64,000 bases of DNA from Balanoglossus misakiensis (Eukaryota > Animalia > Hemichordata), in the NCBI GenBank assembly GCA_040954595.2, contig CM082590.2, positions 8,681,764 to 8,745,763 of the forward strand, in the 5' to 3' direction. Below the pieces are notes generated by a model. It was not told the origin of the DNA. It ran no database searches and saw nothing but the letters and a program-made list of their open reading frames with translations. Of the stretch, positions 29,701 through 45,000 are shown one piece after another. Every line of letters starts with the position of its first letter. Within the stretch, counting starts at the first letter, position 1. Both the position numbers and the translations under genes were made by a program.

Positions 29701-32700
29701 TTGACTTTGGAGAAGCAGACGATGTCTAGAGTTTGTTGAAGTGCACATAGAAATGGCGTATGTGAGGGTGAGTCAATAGGCTTGATTACCAAACAAATGA
29801 TGGGATTTCACAGCACTCCAGGTCTCTATGTACACAGTCTCGGCAGTAAAGCCAGAATAATCCCGACCATCGACACTCGAAACCCTGCAGACGACAAACG
29901 ATTACGACAATAACGCGAACTACAAAATGGCGGTCTGCATCGGACACAGACAGGAGTGGCCCACCCTCCATGAAACTTCCAACAACCACTAGTATCTTGT
30001 GAAAAAGCAAGGTGTATAAATTTCCTTGAATTCTGCTGTAACTTTTGACATTTTGGCAATAATTTATTAAATGAGGAAATTTTTGGAAATAATGGAAACA
30101 AATACTGGCCCTAAATTTTTAACAAATGACAAAGAGTCATTATGATTTCATATTTGAGCATTTCAAGAGGTTAATAATGCTTTTAAAAGGTCAATAATGC
30201 AACCATAATGACTATATCTCCTTTATTAAAATCTCTAGTTCTCTTATCCGGACTTTGAATATGAAACTCCAGGCAATACTATTCCAATCCCTTGGGAGTC
30301 AGGGGGTTTGTTAACTTTTCAAACAAATCTCTGACGCTATGCCAACCATTTACCACTTAATCACACCTATTTACTAATAGCTTGACCTCAATTTTCAACA
30401 TAGCGCGGTGAACAACTCATATGTTCTGGACTCTTCCATTCTATGTCATGGGGAGTACAGACACACACACACACACACAGACATACATACAGACAGATAG
30501 ACACACACACAATTTCACAAACACACAAGTGCAACATTAGTCTTACCCTTTCCTTTGCTGTTGCCTAGGTAACAGGTGAGTTGTTAAGATAATGGTTAGG
30601 AGTCACCAAGGAAACAGTCCCAAGTTAGATCAAGTTGAATTTTAGTAAAAAATAAGGGGAAAAAAGAAAGAAAATACACCAGTATTAGCACGATGAAAAT
30701 CAATGTTATTGTGTCTCATTCTGTCTTGAAATCAAAATCTCGTAAAAAATTGTCAAGATTCTGACATTTAACCACTATAATAAATATGAAATTGGATATA
30801 TGTGAAAGGTTTAAAGTCAAAGAATCTGGAACTGACAGCAAATTTTATCATATATCGGAAAATACTGCTCTATGTAAGAAATTGCTGAAAATTATGGAAA
30901 TCCAAATGTGTCCAACATATAGTTATGTGACGTGGAATCAAGAAATGTGAAATGTGTTCAAAAATGTCAATATACGTGATGTGGTGATGGTGTGCATGGA
31001 AAAATAAGCTGTTCTCCCCATATCACCATAGTTCCATCCATCAGATAAGCAGATAACACTGAGTGGAGTGAACCATACTGGGGATATGGGGGTGAAAGCA
31101 CTAAATTGATGTGAACGGTCAACACTGGCATTTCACACCATAGCAAGTGTAAAACTGTGTGAGAGAATGCTGAAAATGGAAGTGTTACAACACAAATCAA
31201 CCTCTCCACCCCTTGTTTGTGGATGGTTCAATCGACCAATACACCAGATCTAATGTAGGAAGACTGAACCACTAGCAAATAGCAGGGGTGAACAATTAAT
31301 CGATGAGGGTGCGAAGTAGACTGTGGGTGCAGTCAAGTCACTTCCGTGGTTACTTTTTGTGAGGGAAGGAATCCCGGAAAACAGTGAGGGTGATTTACTG
31401 GGAATGGGATCAATTAACTAACCATGTAAGCCTGGATGGTATTCTGGTTGGAAGGAGGGAAGGAGAAAATGAACGAATACGGACGATTAATGACACAAAC
31501 ATATAACACTAAAACAAAACACTAAGGGTAACGTTAGAGTACGCAGATTTCAATCTGCAACAAATATTTCAGAAACAGTTTGATGTTATTTTTCCTAAAA
31601 TTGTTTCAGATAAATTTCATCTCAGGTGATAGTAAGAGGTAATATGCAGTTTCGGACTAAAATTGAACACAAACACCACAAAAAATTACAAAAATAAAGA
31701 AATTTTTGAGTAAAAAATAGTCTGTCATGTAAAGTTTAGATTCAATCATCCAATCACATTCCTTGTTATAGAACAAGTGACATGTAGTCAGAAAACACTC
31801 CTACTTGTACAGGAAAATAAACATTGCAAAACGAGACATCTCAAATTGGATTCAACCCAATTTTTACTAAACTGACTGTCCCATTTTGCAAATGAATGAC
31901 ATGGTTTCTCAGAAACACGGAAAGTATCGAGGCTTGACATCCTTACCTCCAGTTTCTTGATTTTCTCTTCATATTCATTTTTCAAACTGACGATGTCATC
32001 GCGATGTCGTTTCTGCAAATCACGAACTACTGTGTCGTGTTCCTTCTTCAATTCTGGAAAAAAAAGTTGATTATCTTTTAACAAATTAATATAAATGACT
32101 GTCATTTTGTCAGAAATAACAATTTAGACAAAAATTATTACAAACAAAAACACAAAATTGACTCTTCACACTGCAGATCAAAAAATTCACACCAATGATA
32201 ATTTTACATTATAGATATCAAGTTTTCATTACCTGTTCCCCGTTTTCAATGATAATGGAACATTCCGAGCCCAGAAAACAACAGGAATGTTCCAAATTTC
32301 AGTGAAAATGGGGAGAACAAGGTGACAATATCATACTTGCTACTTAAATCAATCTTATTATCTTACCTTTACCATCACACCTTTTATTGACAAAAAAGTC
32401 AATTTTTGACAAGTATAAAAAGAACTTTAATGTATCTCACTAAATTTGAAATACAATCTACATTTATTGCCTCAAATATTAAAATACTAGAATGGTAGAT
32501 ATTTATATTTCTGCAAAAACTTGTGGTGCTGTTGTGCAGAATTTATTCTTAGTTAATGATTGCACGTAAACTGCTACTGTGATTGTGGTTATCATGATGT
32601 GATATTATTTTGTGATAAATCTACGAACAAATAATTGTCATCAGTCTAAATGTTTTAAACTAATTTCAGTTTTTCTCAACATTATTTAACTTTTTTTTCC

Positions 32701-35700
32701 TTTCACACTCACTCTCAGTATTAAGTGATGTCTTCAGACAAAAATGTATCATTTGTACAATTTTCTGACTTTTTAGTAAAATCCAAGGTTAGAGGTTATA
32801 GGTTAGAGTTCAGGGATGGGTTAAATGTTAAGGGTTACATGGGACGAATAGGGTGGTGTTATTTGCATAATTTTGACCCAGGTGTTCAGCATGCAGACAT
32901 GTAAATAAGTGCTCTACCTCCACCAATCAGAATCAAAGAATGGTTGCAAAATTGCCATATTTGTTTTAAAAAATTGCTCCTTTCCGCTTCCCTTTTCCCA
33001 TAATGCTCTTGTTCTTGCTCTCATTTTTTTACCCAGGCTGCAATGCTCCGCCACCACATTTTTAATTAAAAGCTAGCCAAATACAACATTATTTTCATTT
33101 CACACATAGCTGGTGGTTTACCTGTTTACTGAAGTATGTATGTTCAAAAAAAGTTTGAGGAAAAACATCGAACTTGACTTTGTATATTTGTTCACCTGTC
33201 TAAGAGCCTTGTGTTTCAAGATCACCTCAATGTATTAAGAAACTTCAAGATGTTTATTAAACAGTCCAATCAAAACACTCCACCTTCAAGGAGCATTAGC
33301 ACCAACATATGAAGTTAAGGAAATTTAAACAGACTATAAAAAATGTAAACACTATCAAACAAAATGTTTCTAATTTTTTCGTAATTTCCCAATCATTTTG
33401 GATGTAAACAGACATGAAGTGGTCAGTGCTTACACTTCTGCCAGAAAAATGACTGAAATAATTATAATTGAGACAAAGGCAGATAATTAACAAGTCCTTA
33501 ATACAACGAAGGTTGACTTTGTAATCTCCTCAAATGAGGTCAATAGATCCCCTAATCTCTTCATTGTGTTGACACTACTTTTTGACATTGTGACTTTAAT
33601 CTCGTTAGGGTATTGACAGAACTTTGACATTGCAGCTTTAATAGTTATTTGATGTCAAGGCTACGAGGTAACATTTATCACTCTGAGTGCCAAATCACAG
33701 TTGAGGTGAAGTGAGAAGATTCTGAAACAATTTCAAATGATCGGGGTGGGCTGGTTGGATGAAGTGTGTAAATAATTTTTTGGTGGGTTACTCGACAACT
33801 GACTACCAAGTTTGTGCAGTCACTCAAGAAACAGGTGTTTGTCTTTGTTTACGATAGCGCTAAACCGACACAGAAGCCCCGCTTTTGTCTTGCTTTGTTT
33901 AGACACAAACCCACATACGCCTCTGCTGCTGTCTTGCTATCCGCTTAAAAATCACCGCACTCATCTCCGGAGGACAGAAAACGAGATTAAAAAAGGATTT
34001 ACCTCTGATCTGGAAAGCTGGAGGGAATTGTGACAACCTAGCCTCTACGTATGTCCAAGACATTTCAGCGAGTGTGGACTACACTCCATGGGATCGACCA
34101 ACATTCAACAAGTGCGCGCGACACGACCTCCGCTAACACGGGTGTTACTAAGACACGCATACACTAACATGGCGACGTGGAACGCAGCCAAAGTGTGAAT
34201 AAATCAATACCGGTTGAGTGGACCGCCTCCTCGCCGCAGTAAATCATGTCCAGACAAGCCCTTTGGACAAATCAATGACCGAGTCAACCAGCTCAATATC
34301 TCACTCACTCCTCCCTAAATTGAAGTTCAACTACACTTGAAATGCAACACATGAACATCAATTCGCAAGTACTTATTTTCTCATATAAAAAAATTCCAAG
34401 TTAAACTTTCTTCATTCTGCTCACAACTGTTTATCCACAAACGTTAGAAAAACAAAAGTTCGAATTTCTCTACACAATGTGTTCTAAGTTTACATCGGAC
34501 AAAGAAACTATCTTCTGTTATGGATTAATTCCAGGTAAAAGTTTTCGCATGTTGTTTGCTTGACTTTGCATTCAGAGCACGAGCATGATTTTCTGCAAAG
34601 AGTTACCGATAGTTCTTTATTATTTTAAAGCTTACTTCCTACACCAGGTGACGCAGAAGGTGTTGAAATAAAAGATAACTATACAGTAGGTGAAAATTAA
34701 TAATCTGTTTATGCTAATAAATATTCAAACATATGTAAATTATGCCTCATTATAATACTCCACGAACGAATGGGAAAGCAGTATGAATTAATGGCTGCCA
34801 GTGGCAACAAAATTTGGAGCATAGTGCGTGTTGCATCGATCTAGCGTACAAACATTGTTTCTGACCTAGAAATTCAAACTTTGGGGGGAAAATTATCATT
34901 TTCAAAGAAACGGAACTGTGACATCCTCATGAAGTACATTGAAACAGGTAAGGTTGTCCTATCTTACGATTTCAGAACTTTTTTGAACAGTCCACCCCGT
35001 TTTTCTGAAAGTAGAATGACTTAACATTGAGAGAAATATGGACCACTCCAAGTTCTATGAAAATGAGGTGAATGAGGTTACGAGTGTATTATCATTTTTG
35101 TTGCTAGTTACCGGTAGGCCCTAAAATTTGATATAGTTGTTGAAACTTTAGCATATAATCAATTTTGATTCAGCAAAATCTTATCAAAGTTGTGAAAAAT
35201 TTGCGTAGTCATTTGTAATAATTCATTGTAGGCTAATAAGGATGATAAAATTTAACAAAAATTGTCAAAATTTTGGCACAATTTTGGTCGGAAAAGTTAG
35301 AAAGTGTAGTGGTCAGGTTAACGACAGGCTGTATGCTAAGCAAGTCTTCTTTACTAAAGTGCGTTCGCCCAAAGTCTGTCAGATGAACTCACAACAATTC
35401 TTCACAACAGGTGGTATTGTTAGCATTCGACAAACTCGCGGCATCGTACGACACAATTGACAACCATCATCTCACGCTTTAATTGCACTTTAATCGGCTG
35501 GGTCAACTTTTCAACATGTCTGCCGAGTCAAGTCAAGCGTGAAACACTAGACGCAGTCGGCCATTTTACTGGAGGGTGTTCTATTGTTCGATGACGGACA
35601 AAAAAAGACAACAATGGGTCTTTGCTCTCTAATGGGTCGGCAAACCAACGCCAAGATGGCCTACACATGAATTTGCTTTCTTCAAACATTCAGAATGCGA

Positions 35701-38700
35701 TTAAACTCTTGTGGTGCATCAGTGAACTGTAACCATCCATCACAAATCACTGCTACTCTTTATTTCATCTATAAATTTTCGTACAAGGGCAAACTCGGTC
35801 AGATTTCAAACAAAGTCGAAACTTAACCCTCTCCCCACTGCAGTTTGGCCCAAACTCTAGATCTGTTTTCAAAGGTAAAGATGGACCTCTATACAGGGCA
35901 AGTTGAAAGGGTTAAACCACCCTTTGATTTTCAAAGACACAGAAATACTGAAAATGTTTTTACAAATCTGTAGCTGGTCTGATTACAAATTTGCTGGGGG
36001 TAAAAACTCTAAGTATGGAAGTGGTTACAGTATTGTCGTACACAACAAAAGACAATTTTCCACAAAAAACAACAAAAAAACTCCTTGGCAACACAACAGG
36101 GTAGTAACAAAGTTTCAGAAACATGGCGAATTCCTGAAGGGGATCTGTGATTTGAGTGACGTACACAAGATATCGTCTCTTCACAAAAGGATTGACTCCC
36201 ACCTGAGGCAGGTCAAAAGACGCAGACAGTCGCTGCTCTTGCTAATGTACGTGTCAGGACCTACAAACAAAAACGACTACTCTTGTCGAATACCAAACAT
36301 TTCGCTCACTTTTCACAAAATTTCATCAAATCCTTGACAATTCACAGACTAGCGCTGTCATCACTTTGCAAGATTGTAAGTAGCCTTCAATTTTTCAAAT
36401 TTTTGGTCTTTTTTTGCATAAACCCTAACTGGGGCCATCATCTTCGCTGACTTGAGTACTCAAAGAATTGTTTCATGTTATCAGGGATGTGCACATTAAT
36501 ACTCTGTGGTTCATCTTTAAACTACATATTACCAGCAATATTTATTCAAACACACACACCATTCCACTGCCTACATTTTCTGTGACAAAAATTGCTCAAA
36601 GATTATCCCAATTTCTCTCAGATTTTGAAGTACATTTTCGACTATATAATATATTTGCAAGGCAACGAATTCTTTTATATTTTCTTGGCAATTGCGCATA
36701 GAAGTAGAAGAGAAGACACATATCTTTCAGTTTTAGCTAAAAATGAACTTCAAAATGAAACAAAATTCAGAAAATTGACAACTTTGTTCAATTTCTCTTT
36801 GCAAACAAAATGCCGGCAGCGACTTGGTACAGCAAGATCTGTGCAGAAAGTTACAGCTACACACACATCTAGAGAACTACACACACACGTGGTTGCCACG
36901 GCAATGTGTCTACAAACTACGGGCAGTGTGCAAACCCCACAGAAGCTTACTTTCATTAGCTGCAGTTTACAAGTGAGTCCAACATGCATGGGTAGCCATG
37001 GTAACGGGTAGGTTTTTGGATGGAAAAAACAGTAAAAGGGTACATTAGGGTTAATAATGATTATACGACATATTTGATACCAGCTGTCTGAGTTCAGATT
37101 ATTACGACTGCCAGATCGTCAAGAAATTTCATAATTTTCAACTTTTACCACATTTTAAAAAGTTACACACACTTTTGAAGTCTCAGACAGCTGATTGGTT
37201 AATACAAAACCCCAAAAAGCTGAAAAATGAAAAAGCAGAATTTGTGTTAGACCATACTTTTATCTAGCTCTTTCTTTTATGTTCTTTTTATCAATCATCA
37301 AAACTGTAATTTTTGTTTCTGTGTATATTGGTCTGTTAATCATGTATTCTCTGTTTGTGTGTCTGTCTCTCTTTGTGTTTTTCTTTCTGTCTGTCTGTCT
37401 CTCTCTCCCTCTCTCTCTATGTATGTGTCTGTGTCTGTCTGTGTTAATCATGTAAGTTTCTCTCTGTCTGTCTGTCAATATCATCATCTACTATGGTATG
37501 TGTGTGTCTATCGTAGCGATAGTATATTATGGTCAAATAATTACCAGTACTCACACATACACTAACATCCATTAAAGGGACAATATCTCTCTCTCGCTGC
37601 CCTTTTTCCATTAATTATGTTGTGTGCGGTCGAACGTATATATCCACATGTAGAATAACATAAACAGTGTCTTGTATCAAACATAATTTATGGGAAAGGA
37701 CAGCGAGAGAGAAACTTTGCCAGGAGAGTGGAAAAAACTGGAAAAGACAGAGTGATTTTACGCACCTGTTTTTGTGTCTTCTAGTGCCACGATTGCCTGC
37801 GTCAACTTGGATTGCAACTTGTCGATCAGATTCTGTCAACAAAAACACGAGTAACATCGTAAATTATTAAACTCTAATAATAGGCATTCCTCTGTCGTAT
37901 CACAGACTGTCGTGTCAGAGCTCTGCAAGAAATACCCAAACAATGAAGATAAAGCCAGCAATATGACTAATACACAAGTTAATTTCATGAACACCTGTGT
38001 CACACGATCACTTAAATCGAACATCAAAAATTGTCGGCAGTAATAAATTTTGTGTGAAAAGTGCACTCATTTTAGATTATATGTTAATATTTTTTCTTCA
38101 AATGTGACCCAGGATCATTTTCAGCTGGAAAAAAAGGAATGTTTTCTGACTTTCAGAAGTTATTTATTTTTTCAGACCGACATTTCAAGAACAGTTGTCC
38201 TTGGTTACGCGGAAATGTTATTGACAAAAACAAAATAAATGGCGTTTGGTTGACTTGTGAATAAACTCTCATGTACAAACAGTGTACCTAAGCATTTTTT
38301 ACGCTCCCATTGCATTAGTGCTCCTATGAACGGAGTTATGCTAAAACAACTTACAAGTTTTTCGACTGACATATTTGACAGTTGAGTTGCACACTACACA
38401 GATAAGTACGGTTGCCTTTGGATTACCTGTGGGTCCCATAATAGTTTGGTGTGTATAGGTTGGATTTTGTATAAGTATTCAGGTAAGATTTGGTACTTTA
38501 GAATTTAAAGATATTATTATCCTAAAAGATTTGTTTGAATTTGGGTTTCGAACTTCCGCAGTAACTGAAACAGAAAAGGACCAGATTCTGAATGCCCTGG
38601 CAGCAAATAGCGAACAACAAAAACAAATTCCGCGAGTTATGTAATTAAAACATCACCCAGACTGAAGAAATATACATGACAACAATCATGTGTTTACTGC

Positions 38701-41700
38701 TACCAGTAAAGTCTATAGTTGTCTAAATTCCTTTTTTCTCTGATTTCAGGGTAATATTTCGGCCATTAAATTATTTTGAAGAAATATGGACATTCAACTG
38801 TTTGACACTATCAATAGTTTTGTGAATACCCTTGGGCCTGGTTGGAATCATACAATACCAATGACCAGCTCAGCAGTCAGCTGAGGTCCCTTTAAATTTA
38901 TAAGGTAAGTTTTCGACCATATTTAGTCTTCGGAACAAGTAAGTTAATGAATTAATGTTGCAAAACAAAACATTTTGATTAATTCAGGGACAAACAAACA
39001 AAATAACAAACTCAAAGTAAACGAGTTAAAACCTTTGGTTGGCCATCCTCATCCTCCTTGATGTAAACAAATAAACAAACAAACAAAAAATAAGGTAAAA
39101 TAAAAGATTAATAATACAGTTTATATAAAACAACAGATTGCCTGAAATTTCTGGCTTTTTAAAAGTCTTGGGTGTTTATGGTACATTGGTGCATAGAGAC
39201 AATTATACATTCAACTCCAGTGCAGTCACACCAAACTGTAACACCCAATTTCACGTGCAAAATAGACTATTCCACAACAACACAATGGCACATTCCACAA
39301 AGTGAATGAAATATAGGGGTGGTTGCAAAGGGAATAGACCAAACCAATACACTTTAGTGGGTGACATGCAATTTACATCTAGTATATAAATGTCGTTAGT
39401 TTTTACATACGTCCTTTTCCTATGTCCGATGGATTGCATTGAAATTGAACAGGAAAGAACACATTAATTATAATAAATATAGGTAAATTTATTTTTGGTC
39501 GGAAACCTGGTTGCCATAGACACATTAAAGCAATCTGATCTAGACATAGACACTTGGTTGCAATGGCAAACGGCCATGGTTTTAGACATGACCACAAGAT
39601 TACACAAATTGTTGCTTTTTCATAAATTTTCATTAAACTTCCCTCAAATTTTGAACTAAAATTGTTCAAAATATCTTTCTTGATCAACTGATTCTAGATT
39701 GATTGTTTTACTTGTTGCTCAATATATCGCATTCTGCAATGACCTTTAATCTTTGACCCTACCAGCGAACATTTTGATTGGGTGGGGGTCAGCATGTAAG
39801 AAACTACTTCAACTTTGGTAAAACAAACACTCCACTGATTTCAAGTCAGAAAATAAACTGAACAATGACTGGTGACTAAATAAAACAGTCAGTTTGGAAC
39901 ATTTATCGCAAACAGTCGGCTGGAAAATCGATAAAACCTAAATTTTTGACATTCTTTCTGGACAATCTTGCCTATACGCGTCAAAAAAGAACGCCACATC
40001 AGAGATTTTCAAACGGTGTTTTCTGCATTTTATAAGTAACTACAGCCGATAATTTACACCAAACCATTTTCCTAAACCAGACATCAACCCTGCACTAAAA
40101 GCCCTAAGCTAAACTGAATACACTTACAAATTCATTTAATTAAACGTTACACAAATTAAACAAGAAAATGGACGTCTTTCAGAGTTCTGCAACCGATACC
40201 GAACACAAATCAGATCAAAATGGCAAACTGGAAGCATTTTACAGCATTGTCAATCAAACCTCGACACAAACATTTTGGGTATTATTTAATTACTTTTCTA
40301 TCAATTGCAGAATTTCTTTCCTTAATCAAATAAAGCTGCCTTTTATACGTCTAGCGCACAGCACGGTTTCTCGTAAAAACGTTCTTGATTAAGGGCACAC
40401 TCAACCAATTACATATCAAATGTATTGCTGTCTAAACATTTGTTTCTGTCGTCGTTCATGGATAAAATTCCCAATTTTTCCGTATTTTTCCATATTCAAA
40501 CTTTATTTTGGAACCAAACCCTACATAAAAGGTTATTCTTTGCCAATGTGCGAAAATTTCTCTGAAAAATTCAGATTTCTCGTATGTAAATTTGATTTGC
40601 GACTCTAACGGCAGACAGAGTTAAAAACTGCCATTCAACGTTCATGCATTGAAAAAGGTCCAATTTAACCTGAGCTGACAGGAGTTATTCTACAGCCATT
40701 GACTGTTATATAGTGATATTTACGGTAATCGTTGATAAAAGATTGGTAGCTTTGACCTCTTGATAACAAAGCGGGTTTACACAATGTGTTATTTCACAGA
40801 AATTCTTGTCAGCGTATATTTTTCCAAAATAGCACATTTATTCTTTATAGGCGCAGAACGTATATTATATAATTTTTGTATTTGTATTAAAATGAGTGTG
40901 AATAAATCATAAAATTTATGTTTCAATGACAAAAACCAAAACGGCCTACATCAGTGAACTGTATCACCATATCAAATTTGCGTCAATTAACACATATTAA
41001 CACTATAAACAGTAGTTAATAAAAGTATATATTGGAACAGAAAAATGGACTAGTTTGGCCATTTAATGCCTAAGTATATTTACATATGCTGATAAAATAT
41101 TTGAACGAACAAGCCCTGTAATACAGCGACATTTGTCCGAAAATGGGATATTTATCTCAGTTGAATTTTCGCTACCTGTTCACAAGAGCAGTGTATCATC
41201 TATTTCGTTACCAATACTGCTGGTTAAATTAGTTAATGGTGCTGGTTAATTAGATTATGAATGGTTACCTTTGTTGGGCGCCGGCTTATGCGGATCTCAA
41301 ACAATGCAGTGTTGCTATGCGGTTGATAATCTCAATGACTGGATTACTGTTTAACTTGTAACCATGTGTTTGCATAGTAGTGGGCAGCGGTCTTTGCTCG
41401 CGAGTCGATTTCTGAAGCGCGTTGCGACCGTGATTTCGAAGGGCACCCTCTAGTGATCGCTTTTACGGTACCGGTAGTTGTTGAAAGAGAGGATGCCCTC
41501 TAGTGGTGGATTTACTCTTTTTATTTCGTACGTACATGTCTGAGATCCCACACAGTGCCTTTGCATAATCCAACAGTTTTGAACTACACAATTCCAAACT
41601 ACTTTATTTTTTTACTAAAGTAGCTACCCATTGGTTAACATTCACCACATGACAACACTACAACCAATGAGCACGCAGTTTACATCACTAACCTGGTTAT

Positions 41701-41976
41701 CTTCATTGGCGGATCTGAGTTTGGCCTGACTGGCTTCTCTGCTCTGTTCGACTTGTTGCATATGAAGTTGGACATCGGCAACTTTCTTGCGCCACCCATC
41801 GATCTCGTCATCTTTGGCGCGAATCACCAACTTCAAGTCATCAATCTGCTTGAGTTTCTCCTACAGAAATGAACGCAGCGGTTTTCAAGTTTTTGATGTG
41901 GACGGACATACATACATACATACATACATACATACATACATACATACATACATACATACATACATACATACATACA

Positions 41977-42012
<36 letters not shown>

Positions 42013-45000
42013 CATACATACATACATACATACATACATACATACATACATACATACATACATACATACATACATACATACAGACATACATACAGACGCA
42101 ACCGATCCCATAAGGTCCCATGGTATATATACCTATACAAATGAGACCTAAAAATCATCAAATTGCATGAAACTGTCACAAATTATATCACATTATTACT
42201 TTCAATTATTGTGCAAGTCACACAATCAACTTGACATTTCGTGGTACACTGATTGGTCAGACTGAGTCACATGACACTGATCCGAGCTACAATTTCTGGC
42301 ATTTTCGTAGATCTGAAGAAAACTGGTCGTATCCATGACAATCAGTCCCCTTTTTGCAAAATTCCAAAATAAGAAATTTCAGGAATCTTGATTTTATTTT
42401 AGTGTTGATGAACGAGTAAATTTTCTACGAATTTCCAGATGAAATGATGTTTTCTAGAACTTTTTACGGGATTGTACGAAACTTGAGCCTGGCTGCGTGC
42501 ATCTAAACACTGCCCCCTATGGTCGAAATTGCACAATCTTTTGGTCACTTGACATCAAGTCAATAATTGATCTGTAATGTTCAAAAAGTTAAATTTTCAT
42601 AAACTTTTAATAATTAGAAAGTCATTTTACATCATCTTGCAGTTGATGATAAAATCAAAAAGTCACAAATTCTGTCGTTCTTACCCGAGCAACTTCTGTT
42701 TGTGCTTTCTGTTTCTGAATCTCCATATTCTTCACATCAATCTGTTTGTACAACATCGTCATTTTGTCTTCCTTGTCCTCAATTTCTGAAAAACAAACAA
42801 ACAAACAAGCACATTTACTCAAAAACTCAAATACTCAACTCAGCACCAAAGATAGCCTTTCTTCAAGACTTTATCACCATATACTAGAAACTCATGCAAA
42901 AGTACATTTCTTGGGTTTTTAATGATAAGAATTTTACCATCTGTTCAGAAATTTCTGTCAATACTGCAGTCCAATCCAATGATGTGGGTGAAACCATTTA
43001 CAAGGAATAGGGGTGAAAGGGGTTCTAATACACCAACCTGTTTGAGCACCGAGTAACTTTTCAGTCAAGCTCTGGATGTCATCTTTGGCTTGTTGTAAAG
43101 CTTTCTCTAATTTCTTCTTACTCCTGAAAAAATAAATAAACAATAAATAAACGAATAATTAAGAACAACCAGAACGTCAATGTGACAAACTGAATACTGG
43201 TTATATCAAAATGCTGAAGAAAGAAACTAGTTGATACACAGAATAAAAAATGTAGTGAAAATAGCAAATAAACAGCTACTGTCCCTCGGACAGATTGCTT
43301 GGTTTTTAACTTGACACCCCCACTCCTCTTAAACTGAACTCAACCAGGTCACTGAAAACAATAGGGTTACACCAAACTGAGGTAGAGTAGGGGTAACACA
43401 ACCAACTTACTTTGTTCCTCCTTTCCCACCAGTTATCATCTGCACGTACGTCACCATTTCGTGGTTGATTTCCGACAGTTTTTGGGTGGCGTTTTCGGCA
43501 GTGTCCAGCGCGTTCTTGATGCTAGAGGAAATTTCATCTAAATCGACTTCTTTTCGCTTTGGCATCAACTCGTCTTCATCGTAGGTGTTAATGGTACTCA
43601 CAAAAAACTATAAAACAAAAAATCGTCCGAAATAGAACGAAAAGTTAGTAGAAGAAAATAATCTCAACAAAGTCTGAGTCATGGTGTCAGATCCCTGAAA
43701 AACTACACCTCATCACCTATATTCTAATGGTTCAACCCACATTTTATATACAGATACAGGAGAGACAAACCAAAATCTAGGAAAAATAGGGGTGTCATGT
43801 ACACTTACATCATTCAGTTGCGACAAGAGTTTCGCTCTCTGAGTACAGTTGTCTTCATAACCAACAATAAACACGACGACTTCTTGTTGATATTTCTTCT
43901 TTGCGATTGCATCACCGATAATTTTCTCCAGCTCCACCTGAAAAAATTGAGAATGTTATCATTAAAGGGACAAAGTCTCTCTCGCTGACCCTTTTCCATT
44001 ATGTGTGATACAAGACAACATTTATGTTAATGTACATGTGGATATATAGTGAATCAACGTTCAACCACACACATCTTCCATCCTGCTTGTAGACACGAGA
44101 GTGAACAAGCTTGCCAAAATGAATAATTGGTCTCTACCGTTTATTCCCTTTGGGGCAAGTTAAGAGAGACTTTGTCCCTTTAAAACAAGTATTTATTTAG
44201 TCTTTTATTTAGTTTTACCTGTTTATTTAGTTTTGTTTTGAAAAACACCTGTGACATCATTTATATAGCCATGTCTGAGAACTCACACATTGGTAAATAA
44301 GAGTCTTTGCATAATCCATTTAACTTCTGCAGGAAATTCAATAAATTATTGATTAATTTTCCAAAGCCAATGTGAGTGGGGTCTAGACCTCAAGAATTAC
44401 ACCTTAACCCTTTCACTATCATGGTTTGGTCCAAATCCATTGTTTTCTATGGTAAACTTGGACTTAGCATAGGGAAGTGGGGGTGAGAAAGTTAAGCACA
44501 GGATAATTTTTTTCCCGAAGTACTAAGTTTGAAATATCCCGTCTACAACCTGGCCATTTTTTTCACCATTTATAATGCATGCGTTTCATAGCGTCCATTG
44601 TCTTGTGCGGTTTCCCAGTAACTTTGTGTTTGCCAACATCGTACATACACTTTAGGAATTTAATCAATAAATTCTTTGTCTCGGAAATAAAACCAGGATT
44701 TTTATCTATGTTCCACAGCATTACGCAGATGAATAATTAATTTCATATCAATGATTTAAGAGCCGAAACTCATCTGACTAAAAACTTCAATTTTTCCCCA
44801 AAATTCTCATCTCTGCTTCAGACCCTATGGTACATACTCACAAATTTTCTCGGAATTTGACAAATGCAGAATTCTTTACAAATAAATGGTTACAATCTAT
44901 GAGAAGCCCTTAATCAGAATGGTAAAGATATTGTAATATTGCCCAGAAAATTCTAAATATGGAATTGACAGATTTATTCAATTCGATCTGTTATTGTGAT

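Noticed and set aside
41787-42179. Long ORFs over the (CATA)n tract (also 3119-3382, 7826-8185, 11052-11976, 53687-53965)
   Set aside because: These are translations of microsatellites (YIHT, MYVC and LS repeats).
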